Shown one piece after another: positions 24,560 through 36,372 of a stretch of DNA of 64,000 nucleotides. Every line of letters starts with the position of its first letter. Position 1 is the stretch's first letter. Made by a program: the position numbers and the translations under genes. The DNA is taken from contig OZ249451.1 in assembly GCA_965235115.1 (NCBI GenBank), positions 5,704,001-5,768,000 on the forward strand. Direction: 5' to 3'. This DNA is from Laetmonice hystrix (Eukaryota). Under the pieces are notes generated by a model. It did not search any database. It was not told where the DNA came from and saw only the letters and a program-made list of their open reading frames with translations.

Positions 24560-25060
24560 AAATAAGGCCTCTGTCTTCCAAGAGAGCTGCCGAAGTTGCC
24601 TTTCAACTGTTAGACATCTTCCTTCTCTTCGGTGCACCAGCCATTTTACAAAGTGACAAGGGATCAGAATTTACCGCTCACGTCATCAGAGAGCTCAAAG
24701 AGCTGTGGCCTCAGCTCGGAATGGTTCATGGCAAGCCCAGACATCCAAACCAGGGTTCTGTTGAAAGAGCAAACGGTGACATCAAAACATTCTGGTGGCT
24801 TGGATGAGTGACAACAACATCCAGGACTGGACAGTGGGACGGATATTTGTTCAGCAATAGAAGAACTGTTCTCATCATGCTGGTATCTTACCCCCCCCCC
24901 CCCTACAAAGTCATGTTTGGAGAGGACCCTAAAGTTGGCTTGACATCGTCCAGTCTCCAACCTGAAATTCTTGAAAGGCTTCAATCTGAAGATGATCGTC
25001 TGGCACTTCCTCAGCCACCACCCTCTGCAATCACTGAGTCAGGATCTGACGACATCAGTC
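24560..25060 (+). mobile_element. Integrase-core (rve) relic, KRBA2/SCAND3-like (Ginger2-type), frameshifted
   Basis: RPLSSKRAAEVAFQLLDIFLLFGAPAILQSDKGSEF...HGKPRHPNQGSVERANGDIK, then PYKVMFGEDPKVGL in another frame. Confidence 0.85.
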
Positions 25061-25061
25061 A

Positions 25062-25393
25062 GCCACCTTCTACCACCCACGGGCCACCACCATCGCTTCC
25101 TACCAACCACGAGCCACCACCATCGCTTCCTACCACCCACGAGCCACCACCATCGCTTCCTACCACCCATGAGCCACCACCATCGCTTCCTACCAACCAC
25201 GAGCCACCACCATCGCTTCCTACCACCCATGAGCCACCACCATCGCTTCCTACCAACCACGAGCCACCACCATCGCTTCCTACCAACCACGAGCCACCAC
25301 CATCGCTTCCTACCACCCATGAGCCACCACCATCGCGTCCTACCACCCATGAGCCACCACCACCGCTTCCTACCAACCACGAGCCACCACCAT
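25062..25393. repeat. 30-bp tandem array (PPPSLPT[N/T]HE) in the integrase relic's C-terminal frame
   Basis: Unit GAGCCACCACCATCGCTTCCTACCA[A/C]CCA[C/T], about 11 copies. Confidence 0.95.
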
Positions 25394-25669
25394 AGTGCAC
25401 ACGTGTGCGATAGATTAAGAATTTAATGGAGACTCCCCTGGAAGAATTTCTTTAATGGAGACTCCCCTGGAAAAATTTCTAAGTGTGGTACAATATGCGA
25501 GCGACAGCCTTCGTTTGTCCTTCAGCCTTCGACACAAAGACAGCATGTTGTAACACTGGCAGGTGAGGTGTCGCTTCTCCCCGAACACATGTGTACATCA
25601 TCGGCCATTTTGAAAATAGTTTTGTGACGTCAGCCAAGCAAGATGGCGTTCTTACTATCCGAGTCTATT

Positions 25670-26270
25670 TCCCGAAATGGACTCGGTCGTTCCGATTCAT
25701 TCGGGAATCCTCGGCCATATCTTCGAAAGTAGCCTCGGGTGAAATAGGCGCCATTTTGAGCATTGCATCTCGGGTACATTTAGTTGGGACTCTCGCCAGC
25801 ATTGCAGTGTTTGCAGTATTTTGCCTGCATCAGGCATAGAAGCAACTAAAATAGGCATCCAGTGTTTTCCCCATAGTCAGTGGGCAATATTACGAGAGTA
25901 TCATGTTCATGATACAAGTAGTCGTACCATCTGTCGTGGTGCTGTCGTTCATGGGCGCGGCCATATTGTTTCCCATAATTTGATAAATTACCGTATCACG
26001 CCCATTTAGGTAAATTAGGTGATTGATTTTTTTCAGTTCAAACGTTCCCCTTCATACCACAAAATATATATTTGCACATACGATGCCAAGAAGCAGGTTT
26101 CAATAATGCACTACTTTCTGGCTCGATGGGATATGACGGTTCACTCAGTGCCTCGCTACACAGGTCGATTTCGCCATGTATCTGGTTGCCAATGGCGCCC
26201 ATTTCACCCGAAGGTATATGCAGATATGACGTCATATGCCCGAGGGAATCCCGAATGGTTCCGATTGTGC
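25670..26270. mobile_element. Dispersed MITE-like repeat (copy 2)
   Basis: Inverted homolog of 4922-5502. It has its own subterminal inverted repeat CATTCGGGAATCCTCGG / CCGAGGGAATCCCGAATG. Confidence 0.6.
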
Positions 26271-26394
26271 CAAGGTGGACACTTTCCTCGAGAGGACGCT
26301 GACATCGCTTAGACCATTTATTTCCCCTAAGGATTTTGATTTCGCAGGAGCATTAATTATAAATCTAAGTAAATTCCGAAAGTGTAGAGACGCG

Positions 26395-26716
26395 ACTTTC
26401 TGAGGCCCCCGACCTTGGGGGGGGGATAAAGCAATAAGCACCGCTGCAATAACGTAGGGAACTGCGAGGCACCAGTCTCCTCGTTCGGTCGTAGTCTGGA
26501 AACAGACGCTGTTGAAAGCCTAACAGTACGAAGAGTCGATGGTTTTGGATGGTGTGTCCACTTGGAGATGTGAGGGTGTAACTCGACGATAAATGTGGCT
26601 CGACTCTTCTAAAGGGATCTAGCAACACAACCCTACCTGTCAGTGGGCTCAATCTGCGGCAAGGTTCCAAATTAGTTGTCTCTCAATGGGATATCGTGTG
26701 TCTCCAGACGCCAGAT
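26395..26716 (-). mobile_element. Dispersed repeat of coding origin (copy 2)
   Basis: Inverted homolog of 2874-3260. Both copies begin at A|TCTGGCGTCTGGAGA. Confidence 0.6.
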
Positions 26717-26964
26717 ATTAACCGGTAGGTCCGCCACAAAGATCAGTTTCATATTTCTTGTTAATGTCAATTTTTAGATTCCTCAACTCTGCCATTTATC
26801 CCGAACCAACCCAACCCGATCTGACCTCTCCATCGTCGCGATCAGAGCTGATTACTGGTCGCTGCGCTGTCACCACGGCGACGGCACGCGGACTGTGGGT
26901 TGAGGGCCTTGAAAATCTTTCAAATAACCGTTGTTTGTGACCATCCCTGATCTGATCATGTTAA

Positions 26965-27978
26965 AGGTGCTTATTATGGGGAAACATGAAAAATCGTTAT
27001 TTCAAAGAACTTTTGCTGTTTTCATGAAGAGAACCTTCATAAAAATTGCTTGGTAAACACAGACAGACCTATCAGTTCCAAAATCGAAGTTTTTGGAGCT
27101 CCCTTGCTGGCCATCTGGAAAAAACGGCTCCACCCACCGTTTGCACGTGGATTTTATTGACACACGTGACACGCAGAACCCTCGCGCATGCTCAGACGGT
27201 TTGTTTTGAAGCATGGCTGACGAAGTTACGAACGGGACATTGTGATAGCGAGCATAAACGCCGAATATTTTGCGTGTAGGCCTACGTTTAGTTTTATCAG
27301 TCAGGAAATTGTCTGACACTCGATCGTGGTGGAAGGAGTCGGGAAACAATGGCGGCTCTGGAACGAATCGAGCGTGTTCCGCGTGTCGCTCCCCCCTCCC
27401 CCCTCCCCCCTCCGCATCTACACTACAGGCAGCCTAGGCCAGACGCTGGCCAGCCCGCTAATCCCCGCGCTCGACACTCGAGGTCCACCTCGCCAACGAC
27501 CCATTTGCCTTGGTTTCCGAGATTGACTTGCTATCTTTTTCAACTTCTGTATCTTTCTTTCCTTGCCCGGTTCCCTGCCGATTCCGTAAAATATTTTTTG
27601 GGTGGCATTCTGATGCCGAACGATGCCGAGTACAGCTGCTGAATTGTTTACAACTAAGCGAAGCACGTGACCCAGCACCCACTCTCCAACGGCAGAGGTT
27701 ACAGGTCGTGCATGCGCGGTAGGAACAAGTTTGCAGAGAGTGCACACACAGGATGTGACGCAGTACGCAATTATACGGGTTAATGGGAGGTTGTCTCCCA
27801 AGTTATAACGGGAGATGTGCTTTCGGGAGAAATCTATCAGTTTGGTAGTATAGAACCTACTTGTGCTGCATACGCAGCGAAAACACGTCGCAGGACAAAA
27901 TGCTGTGGTAGGATTATTTACTTAGTCCCCTAGTACACGGTCATGTTGGATAATCGCCGGAAATCCCCAAAAACGTGC
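26965..27978. mobile_element. Longer Kolobok-like element, right end replaced by satellite
   Basis: Starts TTAA|AGGTGCTTATTATGGGGAAAC and shares long blocks with 15859-16398. It lacks the terminal ATGCCCCT|TTAA because the 52-bp array begins there. Confidence 0.7.
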
Positions 27979-27982
27979 GAAA

Positions 27983-29340
27983 ATGTAGGGAGCCCTCACT
28001 GTAGTGTTTGCTCGACAGTCGACAATAAGGCCAGTCAATACATGTAGGCAGCCCTCACTGTAGTGTTTGCTCGACAATAAGGCCAGTCAATACATGGAGG
28101 GAGCCCTCACTGTAGTGTTTGCTCGACAATAAGGCCAGTCAATACATGTAGGCAGCCCTCACTGTAGTGTTTGCTCGACAATAAGGCCAGTCAATACATG
28201 TAGGCAGCCCTCACTGTAGTGTTTGCTCGTCAATAAGGCCAGTCAATACATGTAGAGAGCCCTCAGTGTAGTGTTTGCTCGACAATAAGGCCAGTCAATA
28301 CATGTAGGGAGCCCTCACTGTAGTGTTTGCTCGTCAATAAGGCCAGTCAATACATGTAGAGAGCCCTCACTGTAGTGTTTGCCCGACAATAAGGCCAGTC
28401 AATATATGTAGGGAGCCCTCATTGTAGTGTTTGCTCGACAATAAGGCCAGTCAATACATGTAGGCAGCCCTCACTGTAGTGTTTGCTCGTCAATAAGGCC
28501 AGTCAATACATGTAGAGAGCCCTCAGTGTAGTGTTTGCTCGACAATAAGGCCAGTCAATACATGTAGGGAGCCCTCAGTGTAGTGTTTGCTCGACAATAA
28601 GGCCAGTCAATACATGTAGGGAGCCCGCACTGTAGTGTTTGCTCGACAATAAGGCCAGTCAATACATGTAGGAAGCCCTCACTGTAGTGTTTGCTCGACA
28701 ATAAGGCCAGTCAATATATGTAGGGAGCCCTCACTGTAGTGTTTGCTCGACAATAAGGCCAGTCAATACATGTAGGCAGCCCTCACTGTAGTGTTTGCTC
28801 GTCAATAAGGCCAGTCAATACATGTAGAGAGCCCTCAGTGTAGTGTTTGCTCGACAATAAGGCCAGTCAATACATGTAGGGAGCCCTCAGTGTAGTGTTT
28901 GCTCGACAATAAGGCCAGTCAATACATAGGGAGCCTCACTTATAGTGTTTGCTCGACAATAAGGCCAGTCAATACATGTAGCGAGCCTCACTGTAGTGTT
29001 TGCTCGACAATAAGGCCAGTTAGTCCATTTGGGCAGCCCTCACTGTAGTGTTGGCTCCAGGCTGAGGCCAGTCAATACATGTAGAGAACCCTCACTGTAG
29101 TGCTTGCTCGAGTATGACGCCACTCAATACATGTAGGGAGCCCTCACTCTACTGTTTGCTGCAGCTCAAGGCCAGTCAATACATGTAGAGAGCCCTCACT
29201 GTAGTGTTTGTTCGAGTATAAGGCCAGTCAGTACATGCGGGGAGCCCTCACCGGGGTGTTTGCTCGAGTATAAGGCCAGCCAATACATGTAGAGAGCCCT
29301 CACTATACTGTTTGCTCCAGCCCAAGGCCAGTCATTACAT
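27983..29340. repeat. 52-bp satellite array (locus 2), about 26 monomers
   Basis: Unit GGGAGCCCTCACTGTAGTGTTTGCTCGACAATAAGGCCAGTCAATACATGTA. The 5' part is homogeneous and the 3' part diverged. Confidence 0.97.
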
Positions 29341-29599
29341 AATGGGTAAGGCCAGGTTTCAGATTAAAGCTTCGTGTATTAGTATCCCTGGACAGGCTCG
29401 TCGGTTTAACACCGTGTTACCAAAACCTAACCCCCTGGTGCTTCTTGACTTGTATTTGTTAGTAGGCTTGGTTATTTCGGTATTTTCTTCCAATTAAAAG
29501 TATGAGGATAACCCTATGTTTCACTAAACAGATCTGTTAACAGATCTGTTACATGGACAGCTAGATATGCTCACAGATTTGTTTGATGTCTGGTGTTAA

Positions 29600-29824
29600 A
29601 GGTGCTATTCGTTGAAAAAAAAGTTCAATTTTTTTATTTTTTATTTTGTTGACGTTTATGTGATCATGGAAATAGATTCACAACCAAGGAAATCAAAATT
29701 TTTCATGGATTACGGCACAAATGGGGCTCTCTCAGAAGGCCTGTGGAGACACTGACACGCCCTACCCTAGGAAATGGCTCTATGATAGGAGAAATGCCAT
29801 TCTGAGCGAGACGGAATAGCACCT
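29600..29824. mobile_element. Kolobok-like MITE
   Basis: TTAA|AGGTGCTATTC...GAATAGCACCT|TTAA. Confidence 0.8.
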
Positions 29825-29972
29825 TTAACATCTTTAACGCGAACACACACGGGAATGTGACCTCAGCCATTGTATTCTATGTGCCGCTCATGTAGTGCCA
29901 CCTGGTGTGTTATATCACCATTCACCAGCGCCGTGTAGCGGTTCAAGCTGTGGATACCTGGCGATCTTGGAA

Positions 29973-30268
29973 GCTAGGAGCTAGGGGAGTAGCCCTACTT
30001 ACTAACTTTGCTAGGAGCTAGGGGAGTAGCCCTACTTACTAACTTTGCTAGGAGCTAGGGGAGTAGCCCTACTTACTAACTTTGCTAGGAGCTAGGGGAG
30101 TAGCCCTACTTACTAACTTTGCTAGGAGCTAGGGGAGTAGCCCTACTTACTAACTTTGCTAGGAGCTAGGGGAGTAGCCCTACTTACTAACTTTGCTAGG
30201 AGCTAGGGGAGTAGCCCTACTTACTAACTTTGCTAGGAGCTAGGGGAGTAGCCATACTTACTAACTTT
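29973..30268. repeat. 37-bp tandem array, about 8 copies
   Basis: Unit CTAGGAGCTAGGGGAGTAGCCCTACTTACTAACTTTG. Confidence 0.95.
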
Positions 30269-31659
30269 TTCTCTTTCTTCTTGTACCGGAAAACGTTTGA
30301 TTCTCGAAACGATTATACTAAACCACAAGTCCTCCTATCCGCCAGTTCGAGCGACGAGCGGCCGCTAGCGAGGAAAAGGGTCTAGCTGGTGATTTTGAGA
30401 CTACGAAACTATTACCAAAATAAAGGGCTTCCTTTAACGTGCGAAATCCTATGGTGCGCTAAAGGGATCACTTTTGCTTTAAACTTTTGTTATTTTTTTT
30501 AAAACTTTATCGTGGATTCAACACGATACATTGAACCGTGCAGCTTTTTTTCCAAGTTCTGATCTGCAAAACCAAAAATGACGAATAAAGTCTGCGTAAA
30601 TTGTTGACCTGAAAATAGTCTAAGAGTCGCCAAGCCGGTGTGCCTTACACGCAAATGCCAATCATATCTCACCGAGGTACATTTCCCTCATCCCCGGCTT
30701 TCCTATCTCGTGATAAATTCATAAATCGCATCTCCTTCGTGATATGCATGCAGCATGATGTGTAGCCTAATTTACGGCTTGACATTTTGTGCAATAGAGA
30801 GAATCCATAACTGGGATATCAGCACGTTATGCCAATATGCACTTGAGATTCTATATAGGGCATGAATGTTAAATATGTTGAAGTGGACTTCGAATCTCCT
30901 TGCTTTAAAACATTTTTGATTTGTCGCCTCGTTGACCAGCAGATCTCCCAAGGTAGGCCTAATGTTCCACGAAATTAGGTCGCGGGAACGAATAGCCTAA
31001 TCTACTCATCATTGATAGACCCAAATCTAAGTCTAAACCCTATAGCTCCGTCCTCCCGATTCCCCAGTAAGCCCTTCCCCCTACTCCCAATTTTATGGAA
31101 GAATAACGAATTGACCTCTCACATTTAGCCCATCAAGAGCATTATTGGAAATGACATTACACTAGCATGCACAGATAACCTTACAAGTACATGTTGTAGT
31201 ACGATATGAATGTATGCGCGTGTCAAACGAAGTGTCGCTTCGATAACCGGGGAAGCCGGGTAAATAACCAGGCAACCCTTACATGTACCACTATAGGATA
31301 AACGACGAGCCTTAGAATCCACGCTGATGGCTGATTTGGGCCAAGGCCGCCAGGCGCAGCCGAGAAAAGTCCTATAGGCCTAGGCCTACTTATACCTATC
31401 GCATGGAGAATGGGGTCAGATGAAAATCTTGTTTATATGATGGGGACGAATAATATTCCACATATTTAGCGTTTGACTGCATTAATATTGAAGCTGATTT
31501 TTAACACGGATTTTATTACCAAAAATCGCGCTGTTTTCTTGACCTGTGCAAGAGTATGCAACAATGCCACCTTCCGCAATACGTGTAGGCCTACATGTAC
31601 GGGGTGTTAACTCTTTGACTTTTGTTAAACCCCTCCCCAGTCGTATCCTGTAGGGTTTA

Positions 31660-32040
31660 CCCCCGTCATTCAGGCTACGTCCTATGACATACGGCATGGG
31701 GGGTTCTCTTGTGATACTATCTACTTGGAAACCTACGGATGTTCCTGGAACTAACATTATGCTGTTTCCAAAGTCTAGCATGTTACCAATCATATTCAAT
31801 CTAGTTCAATAAATCTCTGGAAGATATTTTTCTAAAACTTGGATTGATTTTTGGGTATCTAAAAATGCTCCAGCCCCTTGGCAGATCGGGGCGAGAGAAG
31901 TTAAATCTACTTCGATCACAGTGGTTATACGGGGACGAAAGGAACACAATCTCCCGTCCCAGCCACAATTAACATTCACATTAGACCTAATCAACACAGT
32001 CCTATGCTTTGATCCTGATATGTAAAGACAATACATGGGG
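31660..32040 (-). mobile_element. Degraded apurinic-type endonuclease domain of an L1/Tx1-like LINE
   Basis: GSKHRTVLIRSNVNV...DGRLCSF...SLAP...AFLDT...LEKYLPEIY*TRLNMIGNMLD resembles the GVAIL/DGR/IYAP/GGDFN stretch of Tx1 endonucleases. Heavily decayed. Confidence 0.45.
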
Positions 32041-32837
32041 CTTACTTTTATCAGTGGTCTATCTCATTGGGTGGGGGATGGGACAATACAGGCCATTTTC
32101 TTTTAAAAGGTTGACTAAGGTTACTGTACATGCATGGTCTTAGTCCACTGCCCACGCTCACAGCTCCCGACTGAGTCTCCCTGGGAAATGTCGACTCTCT
32201 CTGGGACTTTCACTCATCCAGTTCTATGGCCCCAAAGCGAACCCAATGGTAGCCGTACCTACACATGGTAATTATTTAGACGTAGGTGCGGAAACTGAAC
32301 CTCCCAAACACCCAACAAAAACACCTAGTTACGTCACTGACGTTGGTATAAACGTCAGTGACGTCACTGACGTCGGTATAAACGTCACTGACGTCGGTAT
32401 CAAACGTATGAAATGGTCGTGCATGCGGCAATAATGTGAACTCAATGTGTGGATCCAATCCACGCCCGCTATCAAAAGGCCGCCAGTGGTCGGATGACAC
32501 ACTGACCCATTAAACTTCTGTCTCGAGTTCGAATAGCCTAAAGTCCTAGCCAAATCCTCCTGGCTGAGAATTGCTCACGTCGGATCTGAAAACGTACGGA
32601 GAGTTATTATGTTATGCATGGAGGTGACAATCCCCTAGGTCTGTGGCCTTCTCAGCATGACAATCGTATTATATGCTTTAACGTGTCCAGATTGGCCCCT
32701 GTCCAGTTGTTGGTCGAGCGGTGTCCATGTTAACACGTACTATGTTGGGTCACTGCCGTAACATGTCCAGATTGGTCCCTGTCCAGTTGTTGGTCCATGT
32801 TAACACGTACTGTGTTGGGTCACTGCCATGTATGAGA

Positions 32838-34106
32838 CTAGCTTAGGCGGATCTGATAGTCGCCATTCTGAGTTATGTAACGTACCCAAGGCAAGGCCTG
32901 GTATCCTCTCTTCTCTATAATCTTCAAGTACCTCACTTGTAGACCAGAAACTGTGTAATATGGGATCTCAAAACGGACATATATCGGGGCTCTCCCCTCT
33001 GGCTCCTCTGTGAGAACGCTAGGCAGTTTAAAATGGGCCCTCAACAAATGCTCCTTGCAGCCCGAAAAGGACTTTATGCTCCACACCATCGAACTCTTTT
33101 CTGGGAGCCACTTAGTTGATCCGACCGTCGACTTGAACTTTGGCGAGTCGGCGTCTACGGGCACGGCTACTTCAATCTCCACATTGTTTGCCGTTGATCT
33201 CTTCTTAAACTGGCTCTTGGCTTTGACCATGTATTCAACCCTGCTGTGTTCATGTTTTTCTATGACTGACTCAACCCAGATAAGCGGTTTTGAATGTGAC
33301 TGAAGCCGGTAGGACATGAGCTCAAACTCGCCATCAGGCGGGATAAAAGAAATAGTGCGGTCATTCTCGAAGCGGGATAATCTTACGCACTGGTGAAACT
33401 TCACATCTTCCATGTCGACCGATTTATTCCGCCCTCTGCCTGTGTTCTCAAACAGAACTTTGTCATTGAGACCAAGGCGGAGTTCAGGCATTCCAGTCAG
33501 CAACACGCGCATCTGTACGTTTCCGTTGATCTCATTGCGCAGTGTGTTGCCATTGGAGCTCACGAGAAGGTTAACCGATTCGATGACGTCAAGGAACACT
33601 TCGTTTTTCTTGTATTCAATGCCCTCTGGTCTCCAGGACACAGCAGTAGTGAGGGTGGAGGGGGGTTTGGGGGCCACCTCCATTTTATGACCCTGTTGTG
33701 TAATGTACTCCCGTAGCACGCTTGTATCTGTTGTTTGGGGATAACCAAAATCCATCAACTCGTCAAGAAGTTCGTAGATGATGATAAAGTTATCACGGAT
33801 GCTTTCCTCTTCGATCTCCTTGAAATATTCCCGGAATATTTCTACAATTTTGTGTAGGAATTCCAAAACCATAGTTGCATTTGCGTTCTTTTTGGTTGTG
33901 GCTACGATGTATAGATCTCCGTGTTTGATGGAAGTAAAAGCTATGTTGTCATGACTGATGATCGGAGACGCCGTACTTTCCTCCTCCTGTGACGTCACCA
34001 ATGGTAGGAATTTGTCAATCACGTTCATGTCCACGTCTCCGCGGTAGTTTCGACATATCAGAACCTTCCCCTTCGAATCCAGAATATACACAGCTGACGC
34101 CGACAT
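32838..34106 (-). CDS. AP1M1: AP-1 complex mu subunit (mu1 adaptin), 422 aa, intronless
   Basis: Full-length ORF from MSASAVYILDSKGKVLICRNYRGD through KFHQCVRLSRFENDRTISFIPPDGEFELMSY to SGLQVRYLKIIEKRGYQALPWVRYITQNGDYQIR. The sequence is typical of mu1. Confidence 0.93.
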   Translation of the reverse strand: MSASAVYILDSKGKVLICRNYRGDVDMNVIDKFLPLVTSQEEESTASPIISHDNIAFTSIKHGDLYIVATTKKNANATMVLEFLHKIVEIFREYFKEIEEESIRDNFIIIYELLDELMDFGYPQTTDTSVLREYITQQGHKMEVAPKPPSTLTTAVSWRPEGIEYKKNEVFLDVIESVNLLVSSNGNTLRNEINGNVQMRVLLTGMPELRLGLNDKVLFENTGRGRNKSVDMEDVKFHQCVRLSRFENDRTISFIPPDGEFELMSYRLQSHSKPLIWVESVIEKHEHSRVEYMVKAKSQFKKRSTANNVEIEVAVPVDADSPKFKSTVGSTKWLPEKSSMVWSIKSFSGCKEHLLRAHFKLPSVLTEEPEGRAPIYVRFEIPYYTVSGLQVRYLKIIEKRGYQALPWVRYITQNGDYQIRLS

Positions 34107-36372
34107 GATTATGGTTGAGACAACACAGTTTGGTTAACAATCACACCAACTGTAGACTACTCCTTGACGGTTTATACACAGGCCGAGAATAAGTTCTGAC
34201 ACAGTCTCCGACTTATTCTTGTGATCTATGGAAGTTGTCTGGCGACGTTTTCATGAATGCCGATTGTCCTCCACTGTAGTTAGGTCCAATGTGCATGGCG
34301 TTGACATTGATCCTATGATAAGGACAGCTGGTCACGCGAAATCTAGATCATACATTGTCCCGATTTCAACTCCTCCCCCTGCTCGGCTCACACGACTCGC
34401 TATCATATATCACAATACTTTCCACATATCATCACAGAACGCTAACTCAGTGTATGATAATGTAGGTTACACGAACTCAGAGTGGGCCTCGAACTTCAGT
34501 CCACATATTGAAGTGGCAACCATATGAAAACTTCGGCACGGCAGGTAAACAACCATCCACGATCATGGGGTTTCATGTCTCTGGATGCAATAACATGTTG
34601 TGACAAAACAGGTTGAACCCCGACGACGTGAGAGTTCTGGGTCCACTGTCGGGTTGAGAAGCTGTGAGCTGTCCCTGTGTAGGCCTACCTTAACCTGTGT
34701 TATTATTCGGCCTGTGGGGTCTGACTGGACGTGCCAGGCGTCAGGTGCGACTCAAGTATTCACGACATTCCGTGTATAATACGGTCACAATATAAACCTG
34801 ACCCACATATTGGAGGGACGGGCGGCCATGGGGCGGGACCATGTACGGCCCACCGCATGACCTCCGGCCGGCGGAGGCGGTGCCTCCCGCAGGCCGTCAG
34901 CCCCTATAGGGTATTTAGACTTGTATACCCTCATATTAGGTCTATAGGTTTTAATTGGTCACATTTGAACATGTCTTTTCGTGAATATAAACCTTTGCAG
35001 GAAGGGAGGGAGAGGGGCCCCTGTGGGTTTTATATCTAGGCCATATATTCAAGGTATATGCCACAGTCGATCTGCTTATTCTCCACCCTCTTATGTGGCG
35101 GCCGGCAGTTGATTATATGCTGGCTGCCAGATACAATATTCTGACTCCAAACTCTACGCTTTGCACTAATGGGCTTCCGTAGCAGACAACCACGAACATT
35201 TGAACGCTTTTGATCATAGGCCTAGCTAATTAATCCACTTCTCCCAGACGGGGGGGGGCGGTCAGGAGCAAATCGAGCTTCAGCATAGATTTCAAAATTT
35301 AAGAAAAATATTTGGTTATTGTTTTGCATTGAGAATTGTATAAGCAACAGCTACAAAATTTGATGTGCATGGATACCACTTTATTTATTATACATACGTA
35401 ATAACTCCAGATACCAGATGCGTAAATCATCCTGAATAAACATCTTAGCTTGCACAAACTTTAGCTGCTTGACTTCGACATCAATCGTCTATGACACCGT
35501 AAACATTGGAATTGTTGTAAGTTATCCGCTGGTGTCATGCACAATACTGTCTAATAAAGTAGGCATGCATTATTGTAACATAAGAATGACTCCTCAATAC
35601 GTCCCATTCCTGCATCCAGTAAATCATCCTTCGATATAGCAGCGACGTCTCTGTTTATACAAAAATACTCACAGAGAATGATATACTAGGACATACCTTA
35701 TTGCCACTTTTAGGCACGTCCTGGCCTTTAAATACGCAAATACGCAGTTGAGTCAACATCATTGGTCAAACTAAAAAAAATAGTGATGACACTTCTCGAG
35801 TCGACCGCAAAATTGGCTGGGTACGCAACGGTTTGTCAGTAAAATATACCTACGTACCCAGTTCTAGAATATATACCAGGTCTGTACAAGTCGTCAACCA
35901 TACAGTCACTTTTGTTCACGCACATCTTAAATATGCAGATTTCAAGAAAAACAATGAACTTTAAAACCGTTTTTGTCTGAACCAACAAACATGTTTCTAG
36001 TTCAGAAGACATATTAAAGACTTTTGGTACTACTCGATGTAGTCATAGGAGGTGGTACCAGATGCCATCACTCAAGGGAAGATGAGTGCCATGTATCTGT
36101 CTTTATGTGCGTTTTCTTATGAAAGACATCCGCAGAGGTCGCACGTTTCCCACAGGCCACTTAAGGTGTAGACCAGCTACTTTGTAGGGTACTTCTTTAT
36201 TATAAAAATGTGGGATTTGAACTAACTCTAAACAGCTTCAAGACATGTGAGGACTTTTTTTCTTTCAATGCATTTGTACTTTAAATATCTTTAAGGTCTT
36301 GACTCTATTAAAAATGGTAAGTGTGATTTGTTTTTTCCCTTAACAATATAAAACACAAATGTACATGTACCT

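Noticed and set aside
24808-25426. Pro-, His-, Trp- and Gly-rich ORFs in four frames
   Set aside because: Products of the 30-bp array. Only the frame continuing the integrase relic has any support.
8568-30268. CRISPR-like look of the 37-, 52- and 59-bp arrays
   Set aside because: The units are contiguous with no unique spacers, there are no cas genes, and the DNA is eukaryotic.
33010-33748. Several + strand ORFs
   Set aside because: Antisense shadows of the AP-1 mu CDS.
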